DNA of 51,059 bases, taken from assembly GCA_043820105.1 (NCBI GenBank), contig JBDREC010000104.1, forward strand, positions 1 through 51,059, read 5' to 3'. Both the position numbers and the translations under genes were made by a program. The notes beneath the pieces are model-generated. The model was not told the DNA's origin, made no database searches, and saw only the letters and a list, made by a program, of their open reading frames with translations. Positions 19,969-30,035 of this stretch are shown piece by piece (the first letter of the stretch is position 1; each line of letters begins with the position of its first letter). This DNA is from Pseudomonadota bacterium. Lineage in GTDB: Bacteria > Bdellovibrionota_F > JAHFAK01 > JBDREC01.

Positions 19969-20616
19969 ATGAAAGTATTAACAATTACCCTAATCTTATC
20001 TTTTCTTTTTTCATTTACATTATTTGCATATGAACTTGATAGTATTAATTTAGATGATTCATTTGAATTTGAGCCAGCTTATGGTCAAGGAATCTGCAAT
20101 AACCATCAAATATACATGCCTAAATATGTTTCTTGCTGGTTTGGAACCTCAGGTGATGATGTATTCTTTGTCACTGACGACAATAAAGTCAAAATCAACA
20201 ATGAAATCGTTGGTGACTATGTATTAACATACGATTACCCAGCTGGAAGCATAGTAAGAATGCATATTTTCCTCGGGTTTTCAGGAAACGACCAAATCGC
20301 AGGGGGCCCAGGCTTTGACTTCATTGTTGGTGGACCAGGAGATGATTACTTATTTGGTGGTGACTATAAAGACAAACTTGAAGGCCGCCAAGGAAATGAT
20401 ATTTTGCAAGCAGGGGCTGGTGATGATGTATTAGAAGGTGGCTCAGGTGATGACATTTTGTTAGGGGAAGCAGGCAATGATATCTTGAGAGGTCAAACTG
20501 GTGTTGATTATTTAGACGGAGGACTTGATGCTGATATTTTAGATGGTGGAAAGCAAGAATGTAACACTATTATTACCGATGATAACGACTTATATAAAGT
20601 AAATGGTTGCGATTAA
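19969..20616 (+). CDS. Secreted protein with RTX/hemolysin-type Ca-binding nonapeptide repeats
   Basis: Signal peptide (LFA|Y); about ten tandem GGxGxDxLx repeats. Confidence 0.88.
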   Translation: MKVLTITLILSFLFSFTLFAYELDSINLDDSFEFEPAYGQGICNNHQIYMPKYVSCWFGTSGDDVFFVTDDNKVKINNEIVGDYVLTYDYPAGSIVRMHIFLGFSGNDQIAGGPGFDFIVGGPGDDYLFGGDYKDKLEGRQGNDILQAGAGDDVLEGGSGDDILLGEAGNDILRGQTGVDYLDGGLDADILDGGKQECNTIITDDNDLYKVNGCD

Positions 20617-21063
20617 TTAATACTTATCTTCTTTGCATTGGTCATCTTTATTAATTTTAAGATATAGATATTCACGTTCTCTACAAGGATTTTTGAGAAT
20701 AAAATTACCATTTATTAAAAGTTCAATTGTTAAGCTATCACAAGTATCCGTATTATAATATTTTTTATCTAATCTGCATGTATTAAAAAAACATTTATAA
20801 TATGTGCCTGGCCCAACATGCACATCATTAACATCATCATAGGCATTTGAAGTTAATCGAAAGAACTTTGAGTGTTGATTTCTTCCTGCAAAAGTTTCGA
20901 TATGCATTCCATAAAGACCCTTATCAGTACAATCATAATTTCCAGTATAAATTTCATATGAAAAATCACTTTCAACTAAGATTTCCTCTGCAAAAATACC
21001 AGATAAAAATATAGAACTAGTAAGGATAAACATGCAAAGCATTGACAATCTATTTCTCGTCAT
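20617..21063 (-). CDS. Secreted hypothetical protein
   Basis: Signal peptide (IFA|E), six Cys in the mature part, AAGGAG RBS. Confidence 0.7.
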   Translation of the reverse strand: MTRNRLSMLCMFILTSSIFLSGIFAEEILVESDFSYEIYTGNYDCTDKGLYGMHIETFAGRNQHSKFFRLTSNAYDDVNDVHVGPGTYYKCFFNTCRLDKKYYNTDTCDSLTIELLINGNFILKNPCREREYLYLKINKDDQCKEDKY

Positions 21064-21103
21064 TTTAAAACTCCTTTTTATAGCTTAACTAATGCTAATA
21101 ATT

Positions 21104-21118
21104 GCAATCATGAGGCCA
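21104..21118 (-). promoter_or_regulatory. Sigma54 -24/-12 promoter
   Basis: Minus strand TGGCCT-CATGA-TTGC, 40 bp before ATG 21063. Confidence 0.65.
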
Positions 21119-21259
21119 TGTATACCAAACTGATTAACTATTTAATTTTAAGCACTTAAGGCCATTCAATCATAAAGTCTTTTTTTCAAACAAAGGATAT
21201 TTAAGAGTTATTATAGAAAACGAGATGCAAATGTCCCAAAAATATTTTCTTTAAAGCCA

Positions 21260-22150
21260 TCAAATATCGTGAGGATTTACAGTCTTTCCCTTGAGTTGAG
21301 ATACTAACATTCCACATAACATCAATATACAACCAATGGCCATTTTAATTCCAAAAGGTTCAGACAGAAAGAAACAACCCCCAATCACAGCGAATATTGC
21401 TTCACTACTCAGAATAATAGCAGCATGACTTGGATGAGCTCTATCTTGAGCTAAAAGCTGGAGTGCATAAGCGCAGCCAGAGGATAAAATACCAGCATAA
21501 AGCAAAGGACCAATTACTAATATAATCTGATTTAATTCAATATTTTCAAAACTTAAAGCAATAATTAAACTAAAAAATGAGCATATAAAACATTGCATTG
21601 AAGCAAGAAAGATAGGATTGATCTTTGGAGCAAAAAGCCCAATTAATAAAACATGAATAGCAAAAAACAAGGCGCAAAGCAAAACCAGAAAATCACCAAA
21701 TTCTATTAAAAAATCATCATTAATACTTAATAAATAAAGACCCGCAATTGCAATCAATGCTCCAATAAAATTTGCCCAATTACTTTTCATTTTAAAAATA
21801 AAAAATCCTAAAATTGGAACAATCACAACATACATTCCTGTTATAAATCCTGCTTTACCCGCTGTTGTAAAGACTATTCCTACCTGTTGAAAAGATGAGC
21901 CTAAAAACAAGAACAAACCAAGCAATAATGCAGCTTGATAAATTTTTTTCTTTGAAAACCTTTTATACTCAGGTTTATTAAATCTAGATATTAAAGGCAG
22001 TAAAACAAGACCACCAAGAAAGAATCTTATAGCATTAAAGGTAAATGGACCTATGCTTTCCATACCTTTTCTTTGGGCAACAAAGGCAAAACCCCAAATT
22101 ATAGCGGCTGTTATTAGTAGAAAATTAGGTTTTTGAAAAAGCTTAAGCAT
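21260..22150 (-). CDS. DMT/EamA family transporter
   Basis: IWGFAFVAQ, TTAGKAGFITG, AAIILSSEAIFA; ~10 TM segments. Confidence 0.92.
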   Translation of the reverse strand: MLKLFQKPNFLLITAAIIWGFAFVAQRKGMESIGPFTFNAIRFFLGGLVLLPLISRFNKPEYKRFSKKKIYQAALLLGLFLFLGSSFQQVGIVFTTAGKAGFITGMYVVIVPILGFFIFKMKSNWANFIGALIAIAGLYLLSINDDFLIEFGDFLVLLCALFFAIHVLLIGLFAPKINPIFLASMQCFICSFFSLIIALSFENIELNQIILVIGPLLYAGILSSGCAYALQLLAQDRAHPSHAAIILSSEAIFAVIGGCFFLSEPFGIKMAIGCILMLCGMLVSQLKGKTVNPHDI

Positions 22151-22203
22151 ACTTTGTGAATATTATTTATATTAGGGTAAGTCAATGATAGAAGATTCCA
22201 GAA

Positions 22204-22710
22204 TTAATCCTCATTCTGGGTTATTAATGGTCCTTCTCTCCTAACTTCTCCACCACCATTTATTACTCTCAAAACTTCTTGATAATACTCTCCTCTTACA
22301 TTATCATCATCAAGATCCTGAAAAACTATAATAGATATTTTCCAGTTTATAATTCCGACATCATAAGCTCTTGCACAGGAATAAACATCTCCATCCGGAA
22401 CAAAGTTAATGATTGCAAAACCATTTGTATCATTTGCAAAAGCTTGTTGAGAATTAGGAATTTTGTTCCCATTTAAAAGATTTGCATTCCAATAGTCAGT
22501 AGGTATAGGGCCAGCTGCATGAAATTTTGCATTCTCGATAGCATAATCTGCTTCAGCTGCAAAAATACCACTGATTAAAGAATTAACCTCTGATTTTTTC
22601 GTTTTTTTGATATAGGACATAAAGGATGGAATCGCAATTGCGGCCAAAATACCAATAATTGCCACAACAATCATGAGTTCAACCAGGGTAAATCCGCTCT
22701 TTTTATTCAT
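22204..22710 (-). CDS. Type IV pilin (PilA-like), paralog of 3023-3517
   Basis: SG|FTLVELMIVVAIIGILAAIAIP; QDLDDD motif; GAGGAGG RBS. Confidence 0.92.
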   Translation of the reverse strand: MNKKSGFTLVELMIVVAIIGILAAIAIPSFMSYIKKTKKSEVNSLISGIFAAEADYAIENAKFHAAGPIPTDYWNANLLNGNKIPNSQQAFANDTNGFAIINFVPDGDVYSCARAYDVGIINWKISIIVFQDLDDDNVRGEYYQEVLRVINGGGEVRREGPLITQNED

Positions 22711-23030
22711 AAGTTCCTCCTCGATAAGATACTGCTTTAATTGTAATATAATTTATTCATAAAATCAATTAATAATATGAACAAAATACATAGATATTTA
22801 TTTAACTCATTTTTTTCTTGCATTTTGACATAACGCGCTATATATAGTGGTACAAATAATAGGGGTTAATTATAATGCATGATTATGAGACATATTTTTC
22901 CAATTATAGCCTTAATTTGAGAATTTTTAGTCACATATTCAAATTTATCAAACAAAACACTAAAAAGCATTTGACATTTAAGCCCATGTAATTATTTTAT
23001 TTTTGTTTTATTTTATTATGAAACTTGTTT

Positions 23031-23045
23031 TGGCACTAAACTTGC
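23031..23045 (+). promoter_or_regulatory. Sigma54 -24/-12 promoter of the four-gene secreted operon
   Basis: TGGCAC-TAAAC-TTGC, perfect consensus. Confidence 0.8.
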
Positions 23046-23123
23046 TTAAAAAAAAGAAGAACAATGCCGAACATAGACGTATTATAAGCATATTATTAAT
23101 TAATGTTTTTAGGGGGCCTAAAA

Positions 23124-24023
23124 ATGAAACGCACAGTACAAATCTTATCGTTAATCGTACTTTTCACTATTATATCAACTACACTGATTTTTGCTCAAAG
23201 ACCAGTAGACGTAAGAAAATCAATGACAAAAAGAGAAGCTTTAAGAGAATTTAAAAAGCTTAAATCTGGTGATCAAGCTATGATGTCAGAAGCTGATTGG
23301 GCAAAGTCAAACAGAGATATGCTTCTTGGTCTTACTTCTGTCAGAAGTTTTGATAAAGGAACAAGACCTTCTGAAACAGCAAGTGAAGCTGGCGAAATAA
23401 AATTCGCTAGACAATATTTAATAGATAATGTTGCAAAACTCATGGAAAATATTAATAAAGCAGAAATAAGGTTGTCTGAATTAGATGAAATTGAACTAGA
23501 GGAAAAAGATAAAATTGAGGTTACAGAAAAAAGTATTTATATTAGAGCAAAAAGATTTTTTGAAAATTGCAGTGACGATAATGTGTTGAAGTTTATATCT
23601 GTACTTTCAGCGGTTGAAGATTTTCCAAGAGAAGTTCGAAATAGTGCATTAAAAACACTTGCTATGTATGCTGAATATGCTGAGAAAACAGATGATACTG
23701 GCATTCCAGTAGAAAAGCTTATTTTTGATTTAAATGATATGCTCAAAACTGAAGAAGGCCGTGATCCAGTTGAAATAGTTGAAGTGGAAAGACATTTAAG
23801 AGAACTAAGAAAAGTTTTTGCAATAGCTGTTGCTGAATTTGCAAAAAGCACGAGCACTAATGTTGAAGCTATGAAAACATTTCAGTTTGCTTTTGGAAAA
23901 TATCATGTTCTAAAAGAAGCTAAAAAGCTTGGACTTACTTATCAAGCTGCAACCTTAGCTGAAAAAGTAAAGGAAATTGTTAGAGAAAAACTTGAAAGAC
24001 TAGAAAGATGTCTATTAATTTAA
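23124..24023 (+). CDS. Secreted helical hypothetical protein
   Basis: ATG 23124 after AGGGGG; signal peptide (IFA|Q); E/K/A/L-rich helical composition. Confidence 0.75.
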   Translation: MKRTVQILSLIVLFTIISTTLIFAQRPVDVRKSMTKREALREFKKLKSGDQAMMSEADWAKSNRDMLLGLTSVRSFDKGTRPSETASEAGEIKFARQYLIDNVAKLMENINKAEIRLSELDEIELEEKDKIEVTEKSIYIRAKRFFENCSDDNVLKFISVLSAVEDFPREVRNSALKTLAMYAEYAEKTDDTGIPVEKLIFDLNDMLKTEEGRDPVEIVEVERHLRELRKVFAIAVAEFAKSTSTNVEAMKTFQFAFGKYHVLKEAKKLGLTYQAATLAEKVKEIVREKLERLERCLLI

Positions 24024-24088
24024 AATAATTATTTTCACCTTATAATATAACTTTGGGTAGAGTTATATTTAGAGAAGGGGGAGCGCAA

Positions 24089-27016
24089 TTGAAACATTCA
24101 AAACAAAAATATAAGCTTTCTATACTTACATCCTTATTCATTATATTTTTCATAAGCTATTCTGCATTTGCTGAAAACTCATCTGATGGCACAGCAACTT
24201 CAAACTCAGATTCCGAAATAAACGGCGATGAACAAATTATTCGTTTTTATCCTATAAATGGTCAAACTCAAATGTCTGTTAAAACGATTGATGAAGAAGC
24301 AACAATGATGAATGTTGTTTCTAATCCAACACCATATCACACAATTGGCTTAACAGAAGAAGAAATTTTAAGCTTAAGCGAAAATGCTCTTGATAAAAAA
24401 ATAGAAGAAAAAATTGGAGAAGAAGAAAACGCCTTGAGAAACTTATTTGCAATAATTACCGCGAGCAAGACAAAAGATGAAAAGGCATTGAAAAAAATGG
24501 CTGAAGATGAAAGAATACCTGAACAATATAGAATCTTACTAAAAGATATTTTAAGCTCAAAAGGTGAAGACAGGGCTCTTCAATTGCACGAACTTGAAAA
24601 TCATTATAAAGTTAGAAAATATAATTTCACAGGAACTAAAAGCCTACTCCAAGATCCAGAAAGAAAAACAAATGAAGTAGCGTGGTATTCAAAAGGAATG
24701 GAAAAAGGTTATTTTCTCCAGGCTACGCCAGCTCATAATACTGGTGCACATATGGTCCAATTTTATTCAGCTGTCGTTTTATCAAGTCTTATTTCTGATC
24801 CAGCTCATTTTGACGAATCAATTACATCACTTTTAATACCAAGAACACATGCACATTTTTTAACCTTCACATATTTTGCAAATCTAGGCAGCACAGGCAC
24901 AATGTTTATGAGAAACATTATGGGCACAGCACTGGGTCTAAAGTCTTCTCCTGGAATTCTAGCACAATCAACAGCTTCATATTTAGGCTTAGTACTAGGT
25001 TCAACAATGGCAGACGTGATCTGGGAACTAGCAGCTGAACCCGAACACTGGAAAATACTCTGGAGAAGTGTATTTAATAAGGATAAAGTTAATAAAGCAG
25101 AAAACCGTTATCTACGAAATAGCATCTTGGAACATTTTGGATATAGAGCATCTTCTGGGTCTCTTAGCTTTCTTGCTGCAGTTATCTCTTCAAAAATGAT
25201 TGAAAAAGGTGCTCTATACGGAGCATTAGGTTTATTAAATGGTACTTTAAAGGGAAACATAAAAACCACACTTATTTCACCAGATGATGCATATGGCAAA
25301 GCACATAATATGAGTAGAAAAAAAATTAAGTCTAAGTTGCCTAAAAAAATGGCCCAAGTACAGAGAGTCGAAGCGCCTGTTAGTATTTTAGAAAAAAAGC
25401 TTGTTCAAGCTGGTGTGGGTGGCAAATCACAATATGTTAGATTTGGAAAATGGGGAGTAAGAAGATTAGGTGGTGAAGCCACTTTGCTTTTTGACATAAT
25501 TTCTACAACCTTCATGTTAACACTGGCCCATAAATACGAACAATGGGATCAAGGCAGACAACAGGAAAATTATGAAGAAAGATATCAAGAAGCCATTACA
25601 GACTTCAACTCAACCAGAAAAGCATATGAAATTGGTGGAAAAAGATACATTGATCTATTAATAGCCTCAACAGAAGTAGCAGATAAATTTCAGCATTTAT
25701 TAAGTAAATATCAGGAAAAACACCTTATATTACAATCAGTTTATGAACAAGAAATGTACCAAATAAGTACTAAGTATAATTCTGCTATAAATTGGATTAA
25801 ATGGATTGGGCTAAATGGTCTTAATGTAAATGATCAAGAGTTTCTTGTTGGAGAACAAACAGGATGGCATGAACCCTTTGGAACAAAGAAATTTTATGCA
25901 CAAACAATGGATTGGTTAAGAATCTTTTTCTGGGGATCATGGTATCCTGAAACAAAAAAGCATAATCCATTATCTGGTTTTAGACCTGTTTACGATATTG
26001 ATAAAGTTTTATCAACTGAGCTAAAAGATAAATTTGAAAACTATAAAGGTGATATTGGAGCAGCTCAGCAAGCAATTAATTTAATAAAACAAGTCCACGC
26101 TGGAAGAACATATCAAGAAGCCACAAGAATATATATTCAAAAACTTGAAGATCAAAGGGATCTTAAAATTCAATCTGCTTTTAAAAAGCATATGAAAAAA
26201 TCAAAAAAGACTTTAGAAGAACTTTATATTAAAGATTCAAAAATAAGTGCAACTATAAATAAGAATCTTATATACAACTACAGAGACTATATTAAATCAC
26301 TTAAAAAAGTGAAATTCCCAAGCTCATTAAAAGAAATCAAAGTAAGTCAGTCCACTCACTGTCTTGATATTCTTTTGGGTGAAGCTCCTTTTGCTCAGGC
26401 AGACAGAATATATGACATTAATTATTGCAGGGGAATTATAGAAGATGATTTTGATAAATTACTAATTTATCTTGGTATAAATAAAGAGGAGGCAATGAGT
26501 ACTAATCCAGAGAGTCAGCCTCATAACTCATCATTAACAAACTTGGCCTTATTACATGCAAACAGAATATTTAGAACACTGATTGAAGAAGAACAAATAG
26601 ATGGAGCATTAAAATTTACCGTGGGTTATGACATAACTTATGAAGACCTTGTAATGCATGAAGTATCTGGTTTTGCTGACGTTAGCAGGGCATGTTCACA
26701 GAGATCATGTAATATGATGTTCAACCCCGCTGAAGTAATGGCTGAAAGAAGAAAAGAATTAGAAGCACAAAATGGAATTGAAAGACCAATAGATGAAAAG
26801 ATAGAATTAAATGAACAAGAAAAAAGGTATATGAATTCATTAATTGTCACAGCTGATAGAATGAAAAGAGCTTTTACCGATAGAGCAACACTAGAAAATA
26901 TAAAAAAGAATTGGTCAATTTCTAGTGGGGAAAACCATGATGATGGTGGAATAAAAAAAATACCAAGAATCCCGGAAGAAAGATCTGGAAGATTAAGCAC
27001 AGGACCAGGAGTTTAA
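24089..27016 (+). CDS. Large secreted hypothetical protein with central Gly/Ala-rich hydrophobic segments
   Basis: TTG 24089 after GGGGAG gives a clean signal peptide (AFA|E); ~975 aa; no family recognised. Confidence 0.8.
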   Translation: MKHSKQKYKLSILTSLFIIFFISYSAFAENSSDGTATSNSDSEINGDEQIIRFYPINGQTQMSVKTIDEEATMMNVVSNPTPYHTIGLTEEEILSLSENALDKKIEEKIGEEENALRNLFAIITASKTKDEKALKKMAEDERIPEQYRILLKDILSSKGEDRALQLHELENHYKVRKYNFTGTKSLLQDPERKTNEVAWYSKGMEKGYFLQATPAHNTGAHMVQFYSAVVLSSLISDPAHFDESITSLLIPRTHAHFLTFTYFANLGSTGTMFMRNIMGTALGLKSSPGILAQSTASYLGLVLGSTMADVIWELAAEPEHWKILWRSVFNKDKVNKAENRYLRNSILEHFGYRASSGSLSFLAAVISSKMIEKGALYGALGLLNGTLKGNIKTTLISPDDAYGKAHNMSRKKIKSKLPKKMAQVQRVEAPVSILEKKLVQAGVGGKSQYVRFGKWGVRRLGGEATLLFDIISTTFMLTLAHKYEQWDQGRQQENYEERYQEAITDFNSTRKAYEIGGKRYIDLLIASTEVADKFQHLLSKYQEKHLILQSVYEQEMYQISTKYNSAINWIKWIGLNGLNVNDQEFLVGEQTGWHEPFGTKKFYAQTMDWLRIFFWGSWYPETKKHNPLSGFRPVYDIDKVLSTELKDKFENYKGDIGAAQQAINLIKQVHAGRTYQEATRIYIQKLEDQRDLKIQSAFKKHMKKSKKTLEELYIKDSKISATINKNLIYNYRDYIKSLKKVKFPSSLKEIKVSQSTHCLDILLGEAPFAQADRIYDINYCRGIIEDDFDKLLIYLGINKEEAMSTNPESQPHNSSLTNLALLHANRIFRTLIEEEQIDGALKFTVGYDITYEDLVMHEVSGFADVSRACSQRSCNMMFNPAEVMAERRKELEAQNGIERPIDEKIELNEQEKRYMNSLIVTADRMKRAFTDRATLENIKKNWSISSGENHDDGGIKKIPRIPEERSGRLSTGPGV

Positions 27017-27033
27017 GGAGAAAGGAATAAATT

Positions 27034-30033
27034 ATGATATTTAATGAGGACAGTTTGAAAAAACAAAAAAAGTTTATAATTCAAATATTCTTAATATTAA
27101 TGATTATTGTTTTATTATTCTCAAGTATGAGTGCGTATGACTTATATCCAGCTGATTATGATCCGGATGGGAATTCTTCTGCATCGTTAATTGCAATAAT
27201 TTTTGATAAGCTAAGTGATCATAATAAGAAAAAAGCCGAGGACCTAAGCCAACAGCATGACATTAATCCAGAACAATTCTTTGGCTTATACACTGGAAGC
27301 AAATCACAATGGCAAACAATATCAAGTGAAATCCTTGATTTAACTAAAACATATATGTTTCCAACTATTGAAAACAGTGAAAATGTGAATCTTGGTTTTG
27401 ATTTTGAAAATCAAGTTATGAGTTCAAATGACCCAAATGATAAAGGTAAAATTTTATCATATTATCTTCTTTATCACATTTTAAACAGAGTCCCTGTTAA
27501 TTTTGATAAGCAAGCAATTATTGATCAGCAATTAATAGGTTATGATTCAATGGCTCTAAGATTTAATGAGGAAGAAACTGAAGAAGATATTGATTATGAT
27601 GCCAGTGATCCATCTGATAATTATAAAAGTTCTTATGATGATGATAATTGCGATGATGGTTCTTTTTGTGAAAAAGCTGAAGAAAATAGAGAGGATGACT
27701 TTTATGAAGATAGTGATGCATGTATCCCTGATGAGGGTTGCGATGACTATACATCAGAAGAAGAAAGATATGATGAAATAAGTGAAAAGTTAACACATCT
27801 CTATAATTCAAACTTAAGAGCGTGGCACAAGGGCAGATCTGTTCTATGGAATCACTTTAATCCTGAATGGCTTCTATTTAATATTGATATAAGTGAAGCA
27901 AATGCTGAAGAAAGGCAGTATTTTGTTCAAGTAGCGGATGTTTTCAATAAAATCATTAACAAAGAATTTCCGGAAAATGACAAAGAAATGGCCAAACTAC
28001 ATGAAAATATGATGGATGGCGCTAATCTTAAGGGTCTTGCGAAATTAAGACTTAATGGAAATAAATTTCAACTTGTGATGAATAGAAAAGAGTTTTCTGA
28101 TATGAAAATTTATCCAGAAAACAAAGGTTGGAATATTGAATCTAGAGACCCCTTTCACATTGAGGGTATGCAAAAATTCGCTAAAGAACTAAAAAATGTA
28201 ATCGTTTTTGGATCAGGTTTTGCTTATGGTAGCGCGGTTGTACCTTGGTTAGATAATAATTTATTAGGCAAAAGTTTATTATTAAAACTCAGAAAAGTTC
28301 CATATTTAAAGTCCTTTCTTTTTCATCCTGTTAAAAAACCTTTTAATGTTGCTGATCCAAAAAAATCAGTAAGTGTGCTTAAAAAAATGGGGAAAGGATT
28401 ATTAAGGGTCCCAGCTAGAGGTGTCAGTGACATTGCTACTTTTGCATCAAGGTTGCCGACAATTGCAGGTGCATTGTTTTATGGATATACGGCTTTTGAC
28501 TATTATAGCACAATGAATGAAATTTCAAATGGCATGGTAGTTAATGATAACGGACTACCAGTATTTTTTAATACCTTAAATGAGCAAAACGCGATGGTTG
28601 GCGATATAACCTTTGAAGCAATGCGAGCCTTATCTTTTCAAGTGCTCATGAGAGGTCAGGTAATGAATCCTGTATCATTGGGAATATTAACAACATACAT
28701 GACAGCTGAGTTTATTCAAGGCTTATCAAAAATATCTGGATCAAAAGTTGAATTTAAAGATGCAATAGCTGGACATTATTCTACTTATCAAAGATTATGG
28801 GATAAAAAAGTCCATCCTATGTTACATCCTGAAAAAGGCGAAATAAATAGGCAAAAAAAGTTAAATGAAGCAAACAACAATTATTACTTAACTTACTATG
28901 AATTTGAAAAAGATCCGTTAGTTTGTAATGGTTTCGTTGATACTGATATACTAATGGGTCATCAAAATGAGTTTGCTATTAGAATGAACAATATAAACAC
29001 AGGTCTTGGTACAATCAAAATAATAAGTTCACTTGTTGATGAATTTGAAAATCGAAACTTAACTGAAAATGAGCAAATGAAAATCAAGCAAGGTTTAAAA
29101 GAACTTTATTGGATTTTATATGAATCGGATAATGAACTTATGCCCACAACTATACCGACAAAATTAGAGATAGAGGATTTTAAGTGGAATGACTTAGAAT
29201 ATTTGGGCGACTTAAATTTAGCCAAACAAAATGTTATTCTCTACTTAAAATCATATCTCCCGGAACTTCGATCTGGTTTGTATAATAAGCTTGAAGCTTC
29301 TTATGGAATGTATTGGAAATATATGAAAATGTCATCACTTTGTTGGATGAATTACATTTTTAATGGTTTAAGGCACACTGGAAATCCAAATTCAGTAGTA
29401 AATTATTTTTTCTTTAATCCAAGAGATGTTAGCTCAAGAGGATTAGCTGCATTAAAACAAGTTACTGTAAGTTCAATTAAAAAATTCTGGAATAAGGTTT
29501 TATCATTTGTTGGTATTGATTGGCGCTTTGAAATCAAAAGCTATCGTGACGCTTATTATAAAAAAATTGAATTAATGATGCATGAAAGTAAAAATGAATT
29601 AATTTCAGCTTTTTGGCAAACCTTTTTTCTAGATAGTCAATATTTTGAATTTAAAGAAAGATACCAATCTGCAAATATAAGAAGATCTGTAAATGATGAT
29701 GAACTATATTATGACACTGTGTTAAATGAAGATGGCAGTTTAAAGAATCCACTTTTTGTATGGCATGTAAGAGAAGCAACTTCTGAGTCTAATTGGGAAT
29801 TCATTCCTTTAGTCAAATACTATCACCTATTAAAAGATAAAATCTTGAATTATAAAGAAGTTGATATAGCACAAATTGAGGCCTTAAAAACTCGAATTGG
29901 TCAAGAAAATAAAAAAGATCAAATTGATCAGAACCGAAATGAAGATGAAGAGCTGAAAATGGAATCAGTAAGGATTTTAGAATGTTTAGTGTCTAGTGAT
30001 AATCCAGATAAATGCAATAGGAGGGATAACTAG
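27034..30033 (+). CDS. Large secreted hypothetical protein with acidic Cys insert and hydrophobic segments
   Basis: 999 aa, signal peptide (MSA|Y), AAGGA RBS; no family recognised. Confidence 0.8.
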   Translation: MIFNEDSLKKQKKFIIQIFLILMIIVLLFSSMSAYDLYPADYDPDGNSSASLIAIIFDKLSDHNKKKAEDLSQQHDINPEQFFGLYTGSKSQWQTISSEILDLTKTYMFPTIENSENVNLGFDFENQVMSSNDPNDKGKILSYYLLYHILNRVPVNFDKQAIIDQQLIGYDSMALRFNEEETEEDIDYDASDPSDNYKSSYDDDNCDDGSFCEKAEENREDDFYEDSDACIPDEGCDDYTSEEERYDEISEKLTHLYNSNLRAWHKGRSVLWNHFNPEWLLFNIDISEANAEERQYFVQVADVFNKIINKEFPENDKEMAKLHENMMDGANLKGLAKLRLNGNKFQLVMNRKEFSDMKIYPENKGWNIESRDPFHIEGMQKFAKELKNVIVFGSGFAYGSAVVPWLDNNLLGKSLLLKLRKVPYLKSFLFHPVKKPFNVADPKKSVSVLKKMGKGLLRVPARGVSDIATFASRLPTIAGALFYGYTAFDYYSTMNEISNGMVVNDNGLPVFFNTLNEQNAMVGDITFEAMRALSFQVLMRGQVMNPVSLGILTTYMTAEFIQGLSKISGSKVEFKDAIAGHYSTYQRLWDKKVHPMLHPEKGEINRQKKLNEANNNYYLTYYEFEKDPLVCNGFVDTDILMGHQNEFAIRMNNINTGLGTIKIISSLVDEFENRNLTENEQMKIKQGLKELYWILYESDNELMPTTIPTKLEIEDFKWNDLEYLGDLNLAKQNVILYLKSYLPELRSGLYNKLEASYGMYWKYMKMSSLCWMNYIFNGLRHTGNPNSVVNYFFFNPRDVSSRGLAALKQVTVSSIKKFWNKVLSFVGIDWRFEIKSYRDAYYKKIELMMHESKNELISAFWQTFFLDSQYFEFKERYQSANIRRSVNDDELYYDTVLNEDGSLKNPLFVWHVREATSESNWEFIPLVKYYHLLKDKILNYKEVDIAQIEALKTRIGQENKKDQIDQNRNEDEELKMESVRILECLVSSDNPDKCNRRDN

Positions 30034-30035
30034 TC

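Noticed and set aside
23003..23254. 83-aa ORF overlapping the start of the secreted operon
   Set aside because: Runs through the sigma54 box, lacks an RBS and overlaps the better-supported gene in another frame
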